From Tubulanus polymorphus (Eukaryota; Animalia; Nemertea): a stretch of DNA of 64,000 nt. The stretch is taken from positions 248,001 through 312,000 of the forward strand of contig NC_134028.1 of NCBI RefSeq assembly GCF_964204645.1, given 5' to 3'. Under the pieces are notes generated by a model that saw only the letters and a list, made by a program, of their open reading frames with translations, was not told where the DNA came from and ran no database searches. Below are positions 40,901 through 55,500 of this stretch, piece by piece (the stretch's first letter is position 1; every line of letters starts with the position of its first letter). The position numbers and the translations under genes were made by a program.

Positions 40901-43900
40901 TTTCAGTCCATCTATTCGAAATCAGTTCAGTTTACCTTAACCTATCATTTCAGATCGAGTCCATCATCTTCAGGAGCATAAATAGCCAGAAAATTCTTAA
41001 TCTTTCCACCTATCTATTTGAAATCAGTTCAGTACACCCTAACCCATCAATTAAGATAGAACTCATCATCTATAGGACCCTATTTTGCAAGAAAAATCTG
41101 TATCTTTCAGTCCATCTACTCGAAATCAGTTCAGTCTACCTTAACCTATCATTTCAGATCGAGTCCATCATCTTCAGGAGCATAAATAGCCAGAAAATTC
41201 TTAATCTTTCCACCTATCTATTTGAAATCAGTTCAATACGCCTTAACACATCTTTTCAGATTGAATCCATCATCTTCAGAACCAAAAGCAGCCAGAAAAT
41301 TCTGATTCTTGCCACCTATCTATTTGAAATCAGTTCAGTACACCCTAACCCATCAATTAAGATAGAACTCATCAACTTTAGGACCCTATTTTGCAAGAAA
41401 AATCTGTATCTTTCAGTCCATCTACTCGAAATCAGTTCAGTCTACCTTAACCTATCATTTCAGATCGAGTCCATCATCTTCAGGAGCATAAATAGCCAGA
41501 AAATTCTTAATCTTTCCACCTATCTATTTGAAATCAGTTCAATACGCCTTAACCCATCTTTTCAGATTGAATCCATCATCTTCAGAACCAAAAGCAGCCA
41601 GAAAATTCTGATTCTTTCCACCTATCTATTTGAAATCAGTTCAGTACACCCTAACCCATCAATTAAGATAGAATTCATCATCTTTAGGACCCTATTTTGC
41701 AAGAAAAATTTGTATCTTTCAGTCCATCTACTCGAAATCAGTTCAGTTTACCTTAACCTATCATTTCAGATCGAGTCCATCATCTTCAGGAGCATAAATA
41801 GCCAGAAAATTCTTAATCTTTCCACCTATCTATTTGAAATCAGTTCAATACGCCTTAGCCCATCTTTTCAGATTGAGTCCATCATCTTCAGAACCAAAGG
41901 CAGCCAGAAAATTCTGATTCTTTCCACCTATCTATTTGAAATCAGTTCAGTTCACCCTAACTCATCAATTAAGATAGAATTCATTATCTTTAGGACCCTA
42001 TTTTGCAAGAAAAATCTGTGTCTTTCAGTCCATCTACTCGAAATCAGTTCAGTTTACCTTAACCTATCATTTCAGATCGAGTCCATCATCTTCAGGAGCA
42101 TAAATAGCCAGAAAATTCTTAATCTTTCCACCTATCTATTTGAAATCAGTTCAATACGCCTTAGCCCATCTTTTCAGATTGAGTCCATCATCTTCAGAAC
42201 CAAAGGCAGCCAGAAAATTCTGATTCTTTCCACCTATCTATTTGAAATCAGTTCAGTTCACCCTAACCCATCAATTAAGATAGAATTCATCATCTTTAGG
42301 ACCCTATTTTGCAAGAAAAATCTGTATCTTTCAGTCCATCTACTCGAAATCAGTTCAGTTTACCTTAACCTATCATTTCAGATCGAGTCCATCATCTTCA
42401 GGAGCATAAATAGCCAGAAAATTCTTAATCTTTCCACCTATTCATTTGAAATCAGTTCAGTACACCCTAACCCATCAATTAAGTTAGAATTCATCATCTT
42501 TAGGACCCTATTTTGCAAGAAAAATCTGTATCTTTCAGTCCATCTACTCGAAATCAGTTCAGTTTACCTTAACCTATCATTTCAGATCGAGTCCATCATC
42601 TTCAGGAGCATAAATAGCCAGAAAATTCTTAATCTTTCCACCTATCTATTTGAAATCAGTTCAATACGCCTTAGCCCATCTTTTCAGATTGAGTCCATCA
42701 CCTTCAGAACCAAAGGCAGCCAGAAAATTCTGATTCTTTCCACCTATCTATTTGAAATCAGTTCAGTTCACCCTAACCCATCAATTAAGATAGAATTCAT
42801 CATCTTTAGGACCCTATTTTGCAAGAAAAATCTGTATCTTTCAGTCCATCTACTCGAAATCAGTTCAGTTTACCTTAACCTATCATTTCAGATCGAGTCC
42901 ATCATCTTCAGGAGCATAAATAGCCAGAAAATTCTTAATCTTTCCACCTATCTATTTGAAATCAGTTGAGTACACCCTAACCCATCAATTAAGATAGAAC
43001 TGATCATCTTTAGGACCCTATTTTGCAAGAAAAATCTGTATCTTTCAGTCCATCTACTCGAAATCAGTTCAGTCTACCTTAACCTATCATTTCAGATCGA
43101 GTCCATCATCTTCAGGAGCATAAATAGCCAGAAAATTCTTAATCTTTCCACCTATCTATTTGAAATCAGTTCAGTACACCCTAACCCATCAATTAAGATA
43201 GAACTCATCATCTATAGGACCCTATTTTGCAAGAAAAATCTGTATCTTTCAGTCCATCTACTCGAAATCAGTTCAGTCTACCTTAACCTATCATTTCAGA
43301 TCGAGTCCATCATCTTCAGGAGCATAAATAGCCAGAAAATTCTTAATCTTTCCACCTATCTATTTGAAATCAGTTCAATACGCCTTAACCCATCTTTTCA
43401 GATTGAATCCATCATCTTCAGAACCAAAAGCAGCCAGAAAATTCTGATTCTTTCCACCTATCTATTTGAAATCAGTTCAGTACACCCTAACCCATCAATT
43501 AAGATAGAATTCATCATCTTTAGGACCCTATTTTGCAAGAAAAATTTGTATCTTTCAGTCCATCTACTCGAAATCAGTTCAGTTTACCTTAACCTATCAT
43601 TTCAGATCGAGTCCATCATCTTCAGGAGCATAAATAGCCAGAAAATTCTTAATCTTTCCACCTATCTATTTGAAATCAGTTCAATACGCCTTAGCCCATT
43701 TTTTCAGATTGAGTCCATCATCTTCAGAACCAAAGGCAGCCAGAAAATTCTGATTCTTTCCACCTATCTATTTGAAATCAGTTCAGTTCACCCTAACTCA
43801 TCAATTAAGATAGAATTCATTATCTTTAGGACCCTATTTTGCAAGAAAAATCTGTGTCTTTCAGTCCATCTGCTCGAAATCAGTTCAGTTTACCTTAACC

Positions 43901-45909
43901 TATCATTTCAGATCGAGTCCATCATCTTCAGGAGCATAAATAGCCAGAAAATTCTTAATCTTTCCACCTATCTATTTGAAATCAGTTCAATACGCCTTAG
44001 CCCATCTTTTCAGATTCAGTCCATCATCTTCAGAACCAAAGGCAGCCAGAAAATTCTTAATCTTTCCACCTATCTGTTTGAAATCAGTTCAGTTCACCCT
44101 AACCCATCAATTTAGATAGAATTCATCATCTTTAGGACCCTATTTTGCAAGAAAAACCTGTATCTTTCAGTCCATCTGCTCGAAATCAGTTCAGTTTACC
44201 TTAACCTATCATTTCAGATCGAGTCCATCATCTTCAGGAGCATAAATAGCCAGAAAATTCTTAATCTTTCCACCTATCTATTTGAAATCAGTTCAATACG
44301 CCTTAACACATCTTTTCAGATTGAATCCATCATCTTCAGAACCAAAAGCAGCCAGAAAATTCTGATTCTTTACACCTATCTATTTGAAATCAGTTCAGTA
44401 CACCCTAACCCATCAATTAAGATAGAACTCATCATCTTTAGGACCCTATTTTGCAAGAAAAATCTGTATCTTTCAGTCCATCTGCTCGAAATCAGTTCAG
44501 TTTACCTTAACCTATCATTTCAGATCGAGTCCATCATCTTCAGGAGCATAAATAGCCAGAAAATTCTTAATCTTTCCACCTATCTATTTGAAATCAGTTC
44601 AATACGCCTTAACACATCTTTTCAGATTGAATCCATCATCTTCAGAACCAAAAGCTGCCAGAAAATTCTTAATCTTTCAACCTATCTATTTGAAATCAGT
44701 TCAGTACACCCTAACCCATCAATTAAGATAGAATTCATCATCTTTAGGACCCTATTTTGCAAGAAAAATCTGTATCTTTCAGTCCATCTACTCGAAATCA
44801 GTTCAGTTTACCTTAACCTATCATTTCAGATCGAGTCCATCATCTTCAGGAGCATAAATAGCCAGAAAATTCTTAATCTTTCCACCTATCTATTTGAAAT
44901 CAGTTCAATACGCCTTAGCCCATCTTTTCAGATTCAGTCCATCATCTTCAGAACCAAAGGCAGCCAGAAAATTCTGATTCTTTCCAACTATCTATTTGAA
45001 ATCAGTTCAGTTCACCCTAACCCATCAATTAAGGTAGAATTCATCATCTTTAGGACCCTATTTTGCAAGAAAAATCTGTATCTTTCAGTCCATCTACTCG
45101 AAATCAGTTCAGTTTACCTTAACCTATCATTTCAGATCGAGTCCATCATCTTCAGGAGCATAAATAGCCAGATAATTCTGAATCTTTCCACCTATCTATT
45201 TGAAATCAGTTCAATACGCCTTAGCCCATCTTTTCAGATTGAGTCCATCATCTTCAGAACCAAAGGCAGCCAGAAAATTCTGACTCTTTCCACCTATCTA
45301 TTTGAAATCAGTTCAGTTCACCCCAACCCATCAATTAAGATAGAATTCATCATCTTTAGGACCCTATTTTGCAAGCAAAATCTGTATCTTTCAGTCCATC
45401 TATTCGAAATCAGTTCAGTTTACCTTAACCTATCATTTCAGATCGAGTCCATCATCTTCAGGAGCATAAATAGCCAGAAAATTCTTAATCTTTCCACCTA
45501 TCTATTTGAAATCAGTTCAGTACACCCTAACCCATCAATTAAGATAGAACTCATCATCTATAGGACCCTATTTTGCAAGAAAAATCTGTATCTTTCAGTC
45601 CATCTACTCGAAATCAGTTCAGTCTACCTTAACCTATCATTTCAGATCGAGTCCATCATCTTCAGGAGCATAAATAGCCAGAAAATTCTTAATCTTTCCA
45701 CCTATCTATTTGAAATCAGTTCAATACGCCTTAGCCCATCTTTTCAGATTCAGTCCATCATCTTCAGAACCAAAGGCAGCCAGAAAATTCTGATTCTTTC
45801 CACCTATCTATTTGAAATCAGTTCAGTTCACCCTAACTCATCAATTAAGATAGAATTCATTATCTTTAGGACCCTATTTTGCAAGAAAAATCTGTATCTT
45901 TCAGTCCAT

Positions 45910-48900
45910 CTGCTCGAAATCAGTTCAGTTTACCTTAACCTATCATTTCAGATCGAGTCCATCATCTTCAGGAGCATAAATAGCCAGAAAATTCTTAATC
46001 TTTCCACCTATCTATTTGAAATCAGTTCAATACGCCTTAACACATCTTTTCAGATTGAATCCATCATCTTCAGAACCAAAAGCTGCCAGAAAATTCTTAA
46101 TCTTTCAACCTATCTATTTGAAATCAGTTCAGTACACCCTAACCCATCAATTAAGATAGAATTCATCATCTTTAGGACCCTATTTTGCAAGAAAAATCTG
46201 TATCTTTCAGTCCATCTACTCGAAATCAGTTCAGTTTACCTTAACCTATCATTTCAGATCGAGTCCATCATCTTCAGGAGCATAAATAGCCAGAAAATTC
46301 TTAATCTTTCCACCTATCTATTTGAAATCAGTTCAATACGCCTTAGCCCATCTTTTCAGATTCAGTCCATCATCTTCAGAACCAAAGGCAGCCAGAAAAT
46401 TCTGATTCTTTCCAACTATCTATTTGAAATCAGTTCAGTTCACCCTAACCCATCAATTAAGGTAGAATTCATCATCTTTAGGACCCTATTTTGCAAGAAA
46501 AATCTGTATCTTTCAGTCCATCTACTCGAAATCAGTTCAGTTTACCTTAACCTATCATTTCAGATCGAGTCCATCATCTTCAGGAGCATAAATAGCCAGA
46601 TAATTCTGAATCTTTCCACCTATCTATTTGAAATCAGTTCAATACGCCTTAGCCCATCTTTTCAGATTGAGTCCATCATCTTCAGAACCAAAGGCAGCCA
46701 GAAAATTCTGATTCTTTCCACCTATCTATTTGAAATCAGTTCAGTTCACCCCAACCCATCAATTAAGATAGAATTCATCATCTTTAGGACCCTATTTTGC
46801 AAGCAAAATCTGTATCTTTCAGTCCATCTATTCGAAATCAGTTCAGTTTACCTTAACCTATCATTTCAGATCGAGTCCATCATCTTCAGGAGCATAAATA
46901 GCCAGAAAATTCTTAATCTTTCCACCTATCTATTTGAAATCAGTTCAGTACACCCTAACCCATCAATTAAGATAGAACTCATCATCTATAGGACCCTATT
47001 TTGCAAGAAAAATCTGTATCTTTCAGTCCATCTACTCGAAATCAGTTCAGTCTACCTTAACCTATCATTTCAGATCGAGTCCATCATCTTCAGGAGCATA
47101 AATAGCCAGAAAATTCTTAATCTTTCCACCTATCTATTTGAAATCAGTTCAATACGCCTTAACACATCTTTTCAGATTGAATCCATCATCTTCAGAACCA
47201 AAAGCAGCCAGAAAATTCTGATTCTTGCCACCTATCTATTTGAAATCAGTTCAGTACACCCTAACCCATCAATTAAGATAGAACTCATCAACTTTAGGAC
47301 CCTATTTTGCAAGAAAAATCTGTATCTTTCAGTCCATCTACTCGAAATCAGTTCAGTCTACCTTAACCTATCATTTCAGATCGAGTCCATCATCTTCAGG
47401 AGCATAAATAGCCAGAAAATTCTTAATCTTTCCACCTATCTATTTGAAATCAGTTCAATACGCCTTAGCCCATCTTTTCAGATTCAGTCCATCATCTTCA
47501 GAACCAAAGGCAGCCAGAAAATTCTTAATCTTTCCACCTATCTGTTTGAAATCAGTTCAGTTCACCCTAACCCATCAATTTAGATAGAATTCATCATCTT
47601 TAGGACCCTATTTTGCAAGAAAAACCTGTATCTTTCAGTCCATCTGCTCGAAATCAGTTCAGTTTACCTTAACCTATCATTTCAGATCGAGTCCATCATC
47701 TTCAGGAGCATAAATAGCCAGAAAATTCTTAATCTTTCCACCTATCTATTTGAAATCAGTTCAATACGCCTTAACACATCTTTTCAGATTGAATCCATCA
47801 TCTTCAGAACCAAAAGCAGCCAGAAAATTCTGATTCTTTACACCTATCTATTTGAAATCAGTTCAGTACACCCTAACCCATCAATTAAGATAGAACTCAT
47901 CATCTTTAGGACCCTATTTTGCAAGAAAAATCTGTATCTTTCAGTCCATCTGCTCGAAATCAGTTCAGTTTACCTTAACCTATCATTTCAGATCGAGTCC
48001 ATCATCTTCAGGAGCATAAATAGCCAGAAAATTCTTAATCTTTCCACCTATCTATTTGAAATCAGTTCAATACGCCTTAACACATCTTTTCAGATTGAAT
48101 CCATCATCTTCAGAACCAAAAGCTGCCAGAAAATTCTTAATCTTTCAACCTATCTATTTGAAATCAGTTCAGTACACCCTAACCCATCAATTAAGATAGA
48201 ATTCATCATCTTTAGGACCCTATTTTGCAAGAAAAATCTGTATCTTTCAGTCCATCTACTCGAAATCAGTTCAGTTTACCTTAACCTATCATTTCAGATC
48301 GAGTCCATCATCTTCAGGAGCATAAATAGCCAGAAAATTCTTAATCTTTCCACCTATCTATTTGAAATCAGTTCAATACGCCTTAGCCCATCTTTTCAGA
48401 TTCAGTCCATCATCTTCAGAACCAAAGGCAGCCAGAAAATTCTGATTCTTTCCAACTATCTATTTGAAATCAGTTCAGTTCACCCTAACCCATCAATTAA
48501 GGTAGAATTCATCATCTTTAGGACCCTATTTTGCAAGAAAAATCTGTATCTTTCAGTCCATCTACTCGAAATCAGTTCAGTTTACCTTAACCTATCATTT
48601 CAGATCGAGTCCATCATCTTCAGGAGCATAAATAGCCAGATAATTCTGAATCTTTCCACCTATCTATTTGAAATCAGTTCAATACGCCTTAGCCCATCTT
48701 TTCAGATTGAGTCCATCATCTTCAGAACCAAAGGCAGCCAGAAAATTCTGATTCTTTCCACCTATCTATTTGAAATCAGTTCAGTTCACCCCAACCCATC
48801 AATTAAGATAGAATTCATCATCTTTAGGACCCTATTTTGCAAGCAAAATCTGTATCTTTCAGTCCATCTATTCGAAATCAGTTCAGTTTACCTTAACCTA

Positions 48901-49500
48901 TCATTTCAGATCGAGTCCATCATCTTCAGGAGCATAAATAGCCAGAAAATTCTTAATCTTTCCACCTATCTATTTGAAATCAGTTCAGTACACCCTAACC
49001 CATCAATTAAGATAGAACTCATCATCTATAGGACCCTATTTTGCAAGAAAAATCTGTATCTTTCAGTCCATCTACTCGAAATCAGTTCAGTCTACCTTAA
49101 CCTATCATTTCAGATCGAGTCCATCATCTTCAGGAGCATAAATAGCCAGAAAATTCTTAATCTTTCCACCTATCTATTTGAAATCAGTTCAATACGCCTT
49201 AACACATCTTTTCAGATTGAATCCATCATCTTCAGAACCAAAAGCAGCCAGAAAATTCTGATTCTTGCCACCTATCTATTTGAAATCAGTTCAGTACACC
49301 CTAACCCATCAATTAAGATAGAACTCATCAACTTTAGGACCCTATTTTGCAAGAAAAATCTGTATCTTTCAGTCCATCTACTCGAAATCAGTTCAGTCTA
49401 CCTTAACCTATCATTTCAGATCGAGTCCATCATCTTCAGGAGCATAAATAGCCAGAAAATTCTTAATCTTTCCACCTATCTATTTGAAATCAGTTCAATA
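45910..49500. repeat. 2040-bp-period duplication (20 monomers); boundaries approximate
   Basis: Lines 45961-47460 match 48001-49500; CACCCCAAC at 46752/48792. The same 2040 spacing recurs for GGCAGCTAG stops ending at 50169/52209 and 55371/57411. Confidence 0.85.
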
Positions 49501-52500
49501 CGCCTTAACCCATCTTTTCAGATTGAATCCATCATCTTCAGAACCAAAAGCAGCCAGAAAATTCTGATTCTTTCCACCTATCTATTTGAAATCAGTTCAG
49601 TACACCCTAACCCATCAATTAAGATAGAATTCATCATCTTTAGGACCCTATTTTGCAAGAAAAATTTGTATCTTTCAGTCCATCTACTCGAAATCAGTTC
49701 AGTTTACCTTAACCTATCATTTCAGATCGAGTCCATCATCTTCAGGAGCATAAATAGCCAGAAAATTCTTAATCTTTCCACCTATCTATTTGAAATCAGT
49801 TCAATACGCCTTAGCCCATCTTTTCAGATTGAGTCCATCATCTTCAGAACCAAAGGCAGCCAGAAAATTCTGATTCTTTCCACCTATCTATTTGAAATCA
49901 GTTCAGTTCACCCTAACTCATCAATTAAGATAGAATTCATTATCTTTAGGACCCTATTTTGCAAGAAAAATCTGTGTCTTTCAGTCCATCTACTCGAAAT
50001 CAGTTCAGTTTACCTTAACCTATCATTTCAGATCGAGTCCATCATCTTCAGGAGCATAAATAGCCAGAAAATTCTTAATCTTTCCACCTATCTATTTGAA
50101 ATCAGTTCAATACGCCTTAACCCATCTTTTCAGATTGAGTCCATCATCTTCAGAACCAAAGGCAGCTAGAAAATTCTGATTCTTTCAACCTATCTATTTG
50201 AAATCAGTTCAGTACACCCTAACCCATCAATTAAGATAGAATTCATCATCTTTAGGACCCTATTTTGCAAGCAAAATCTGTATCTTTCAGTCCATCTATT
50301 CGAAATCAGTTCAGTTTACCTTAACCTATCATTTCAGATCGAGTCCATCATCTTCAGGAGCATAAATAGCCAGAAAATTCTTAATCTTTCCACCTATCTA
50401 TTTGAAATCAGTTCAGTACACCCTAACCCATCAATTAAGATAGAACTCATCATCTTTAGGACCCTATTTTGAAAGAAAAATTTGTATCTTTCAGTCCATC
50501 TACTCGAAATCAGTTCAGTCTACCTTAACCTATCATTTCAGATCGAGTCCATCATCTTCAGGAGCATAAATAACCAGAAAATTCTTAATCTTTCCACCTA
50601 TCTATTTGAAATCAGTTCAATACGCCTTAGCCCATCTTTTCAGATTCAGTCCATCATCTTCAGAACCAAAGGCAGCCAGAAAATTCTTAATCTTTCCACC
50701 TATCTGTTTGAAATCAGTTCAGTTCACCCTAACCCATCAATTTAGATAGAATTCATCATCTTTAGGACCCTATTTTGCAAGAAAAACCTGTATCTTTCAG
50801 TCCATCTGCTCGAAATCAGTTCAGTTTACCTTAACCTATCATTTCAGATCGAGTCCATCATCTTCAGGAGCATAAATAGCCAGAAAATTCTTAATCTTTC
50901 CACCTATCTATTTGAAATCAGTTCAATACGCCTTAACACATCTTTTCAGATTGAATCCATCATCTTCAGAACCAAAAGCAGCCAGAAAATTCTGATTCTT
51001 TACACCTATCTATTTGAAATCAGTTCAGTACACCCTAACCCATCAATTAAGATAGAACTCATCATCTTTAGGACCCTATTTTGCAAGAAAAATCTGTATC
51101 TTTCAGTCCATCTGCTCGAAATCAGTTCAGTTTACCTTAACCTATCATTTCAGATCGAGTCCATCATCTTCAGGAGCATAAATAGCCAGAAAATTCTTAA
51201 TCTTTCCACCTATCTATTTGAAATCAGTTCAATACGCCTTAACACATCTTTTCAGATTGAATCCATCATCTTCAGAACCAAAAGCTGCCAGAAAATTCTT
51301 AATCTTTCAACCTATCTATTTGAAATCAGTTCAGTACACCCTAACCCATCAATTAAGATAGAACTCATCATCTATAGGACCCTATTTTGCAAGAAAAATC
51401 TGTATCTTTCAGTCCATCTACTCGAAATCAGTTCAGTCTACCTTAACCTATCATTTCAGATCGAGTCCATCATCTTCAGGAGCATAAATAGCCAGAAAAT
51501 TCTTAATCTTTCCACCTATCTATTTGAAATCAGTTCAATACGCCTTAACCCATCTTTTCAGATTGAATCCATCATCTTCAGAACCAAAAGCAGCCAGAAA
51601 ATTCTGATTCTTTCCACCTATCTATTTGAAATCAGTTCAGTACACCCTAACCCATCAATTAAGATAGAATTCATCATCTTTAGGACCCTATTTTGCAAGA
51701 AAAATTTGTATCTTTCAGTCCATCTACTCGAAATCAGTTCAGTTTACCTTAACCTATCATTTCAGATCGAGTCCATCATCTTCAGGAGCATAAATAGCCA
51801 GAAAATTCTTAATCTTTCCACCTATCTATTTGAAATCAGTTCAATACGCCTTAGCCCATCTTTTCAGATTCAGTCCATCATCTTCAGAACCAAAGGCAGC
51901 CAGAAAATTCTGATTCTTTCCACCTATCTATTTGAAATCAGTTCAGTTCACCCTAACTCATCAATTAAGATAGAATTCATTATCTTTAGGACCCTATTTT
52001 GCAAGAAAAATCTGTGTCTTTCAGTCCATCTACTCGAAATCAGTTCAGTTTACCTTAACCTATCATTTCAGATCGAGTCCATCATCTTCAGGAGCATAAA
52101 TAGCCAGAAAATTCTTAATCTTTCCACCTATCTATTTGAAATCAGTTCAATACGCCTTAACCCATCTTTTCAGATTGAGTCCATCATCTTCAGAACCAAA
52201 GGCAGCTAGAAAATTCTGATTCTTTCAACCTATCTATTTGAAATCAGTTCAGTACACCCTAACCCATCAATTAAGATAGAATTCATCATCTTTAGGACCC
52301 TATTTTGCAAGCAAAATCTGTATCTTTCAGTCCATCTATTCGAAATCAGTTCAGTTTACCTTAACCTATCATTTCAGATCGAGTCCATCATCTTCAGGAG
52401 CATAAATAGCCAGAAAATTCTTAATCTTTCCACCTATCTATTTGAAATCAGTTCAGTACACCCTAACCCATCAATTAAGATAGAACTCATCATCTTTAGG

Positions 52501-55500
52501 ACCCTATTTTGAAAGAAAAATTTGTATCTTTCAGTCCATCTACTCGAAATCAGTTCAGTCTACCTTAACCTATCATTTCAGATCGAGTCCATCATCTTCA
52601 GGAGCATAAATAACCAGAAAATTCTTAATCTTTCCACCTATCTATTTGAAATCAGTTCAATACGCCTTAGCCCATCTTTTCAGATTCAGTCCATCATCTT
52701 CAGAACCAAAGGCAGCCAGAAAATTCTTAATCTTTCCACCTATCTGTTTGAAATCAGTTCAGTTCACCCTAACCCATCAATTTAGATAGAATTCATCATC
52801 TTTAGGACCCTATTTTGCAAGAAAAACCTGTATCTTTCAGTCCATCTGCTCGAAATCAGTTCAGTTTACCTTAACCTATCATTTCAGATCGAGTCCATCA
52901 TCTTCAGGAGCATAAATAGCCAGAAAATTCTTAATCTTTCCACCTATCTATTTGAAATCAGTTCAATACGCCTTAACCCATCTTTTCAGATTGAATCCAT
53001 CATCTTCAGAACCAAAAGCAGCCAGAAAATTCTGATTCTTTCCACCTATCTATTTGAAATCAGTTCAGTACACCCTAACCCATCAATTAAGATAGAATTC
53101 ATCATCTTTAGGACCCTATTTTGCAAGAAAAATTTGTATCTTTCAGTCCATCTACTCGAAATCAGTTCAGTTTACCTTAACCTATCATTTCAGATCGAGT
53201 CCATCATCTTCAGGAGCATAAATAGCCAGAAAATTCTTAATCTTTCCACCTATCTATTTGAAATCAGTTCAATACGCCTTAGCCCATCTTTTCAGATTGA
53301 GTCCATCATCTTCAGAACCAAAGGCAGCCAGAAAATTCTGATTCTTTCCACCTATCTATTTGAAATCAGTTCAGTTCACCCTAACCCATCAATTAAGATA
53401 GAATTCATTATCTTTAGGACCCTATTTTGCAAGAAAAATCTGTGTCTTTCAGTCCATCTACTCGAAATCAGTTCAGTTTACCTTAACCTATCATTTCAGA
53501 TCGAGTCCATCATCTTCAGGAGCATAAATAGCCAGAAAATTCTTAATCTTTCCACCTATCTATTTGAAATCAGTTCAATACGCCTTAGCCCATCTTTTCA
53601 GATTCAGTCCATCATCTTCAGAACCAAAGGCAGCCAGAAAATTCTGATTCTTTCCAACTATCTATTTGAAATCAGTTCAGTTCACCCTAACCCATCAATT
53701 AAGGTAGAATTCATCATCTTTAGGACCCTATTTTGCAAGAAAAATCTGTATCTTTCAGTCCATCTACTCGAAATCAGTTCAGTTTACCTTAACCTATCAT
53801 TTCAGATCGAGTCCATCATCTTCAGGAGCATAAATAGCCAGATAATTCTGAATCTTTCCACCTATCTATTTGAAATCAGTTCAATACGCCTTAGCCCATC
53901 TTTTCAGATTGAGTCCATCATCTTCAGAACCAAAGGCAGCCAGAAAATTCTGATTCTTTCCACCTATCTATTTGAAATCAGTTCAGTTCACCCTAACCCA
54001 TCAATTAAGATAGAATTCATCATCTTTAGGACCCTATTTTGCAAGCAAAATCTGTATCTTTCAGTCCATCTATTCGAAATCAGTTCAGTTTACCTTAACC
54101 TATCATTTCAGATCGAGTCCATCATCTTCAGGAGCATAAATAGCCAGAAAATTCTTAATCTTTCCACCTATCTATTTGAAATCAGTTCAGTACACCCTAA
54201 CCCATCAATTAAGATAGAACTCATCATCTATAGGACCCTATTTTGCAAGAAAAATCTGTATCTTTCAGTCCATCTACTCGAAATCAGTTCAGTCTACCTT
54301 AACCTATCATTTCAGATCGAGTCCATCATCTTCAGGAGCATAAATAGCCAGAAAATTCTTAATCTTTCCACCTATCTATTTGAAATCAGTTCAATACGCC
54401 TTAACACATCTTTTCAGATTGAATCCATCATCTTCAGAACCAAAAGCAGCCAGAAAATTCTGATTCTTGCCACCTATCTATTTGAAATCAGTTCAGTACA
54501 CCCTAACCCATCAATTAAGATAGAACTCATCAACTTTAGGACCCTATTTTGCAAGAAAAATCTGTATCTTTCAGTCCATCTACTCGAAATCAGTTCAGTC
54601 TACCTTAACCTATCATTTCAGATCGAGTCCATCATCTTCAGGAGCATAAATAGCCAGAAAATTCTTAATCTTTCCACCTATCTATTTGAAATCAGTTCAA
54701 TACGCCTTAACCCATCTTTTCAGATTGAATCCATCATCTTCAGAACCAAAAGCAGCCAGAAAATTCTGATTCTTTCCACCTATCTATTTGAAATCAGTTC
54801 AGTACACCCTAACCCATCAATTAAGATAGAATTCATCATCTTTAGGACCCTATTTTGCAAGAAAAATTTGTATCTTTCAGTCCATCTACTCGAAATCAGT
54901 TCAGTTTACCTTAACCTATCATTTCAGATCGAGTCCATCATCTTCAGGAGCATAAATAGCCAGAAAATTCTTAATCTTTCCACCTATCTATTTGAAATCA
55001 GTTCAATACGCCTTAGCCCATCTTTTCAGATTGAGTCCATCATCTTCAGAACCAAAGGCAGCCAGAAAATTCTGATTCTTTCCACCTATCTATTTGAAAT
55101 CAGTTCAGTTCACCCTAACTCATCAATTAAGATAGAATTCATTATCTTTAGGACCCTATTTTGCAAGAAAAATCTGTGTCTTTCAGTCCATCTACTCGAA
55201 ATCAGTTCAGTTTACCTTAACCTATCATTTCAGATCGAGTCCATCATCTTCAGGAGCATAAATAGCCAGAAAATTCTTAATCTTTCCACCTATCTATTTG
55301 AAATCAGTTCAATACGCCTTAACCCATCTTTTCAGATTGAGTCCATCATCTTCAGAACCAAAGGCAGCTAGAAAATTCTGATTCTTTCAACCTATCTATT
55401 TGAAATCAGTTCAGTACACCCTAACCCATCAATTAAGATAGAATTCATCATCTTTAGGACCCTATTTTGCAAGCAAAATCTGTATCTTTCAGTCCATCTA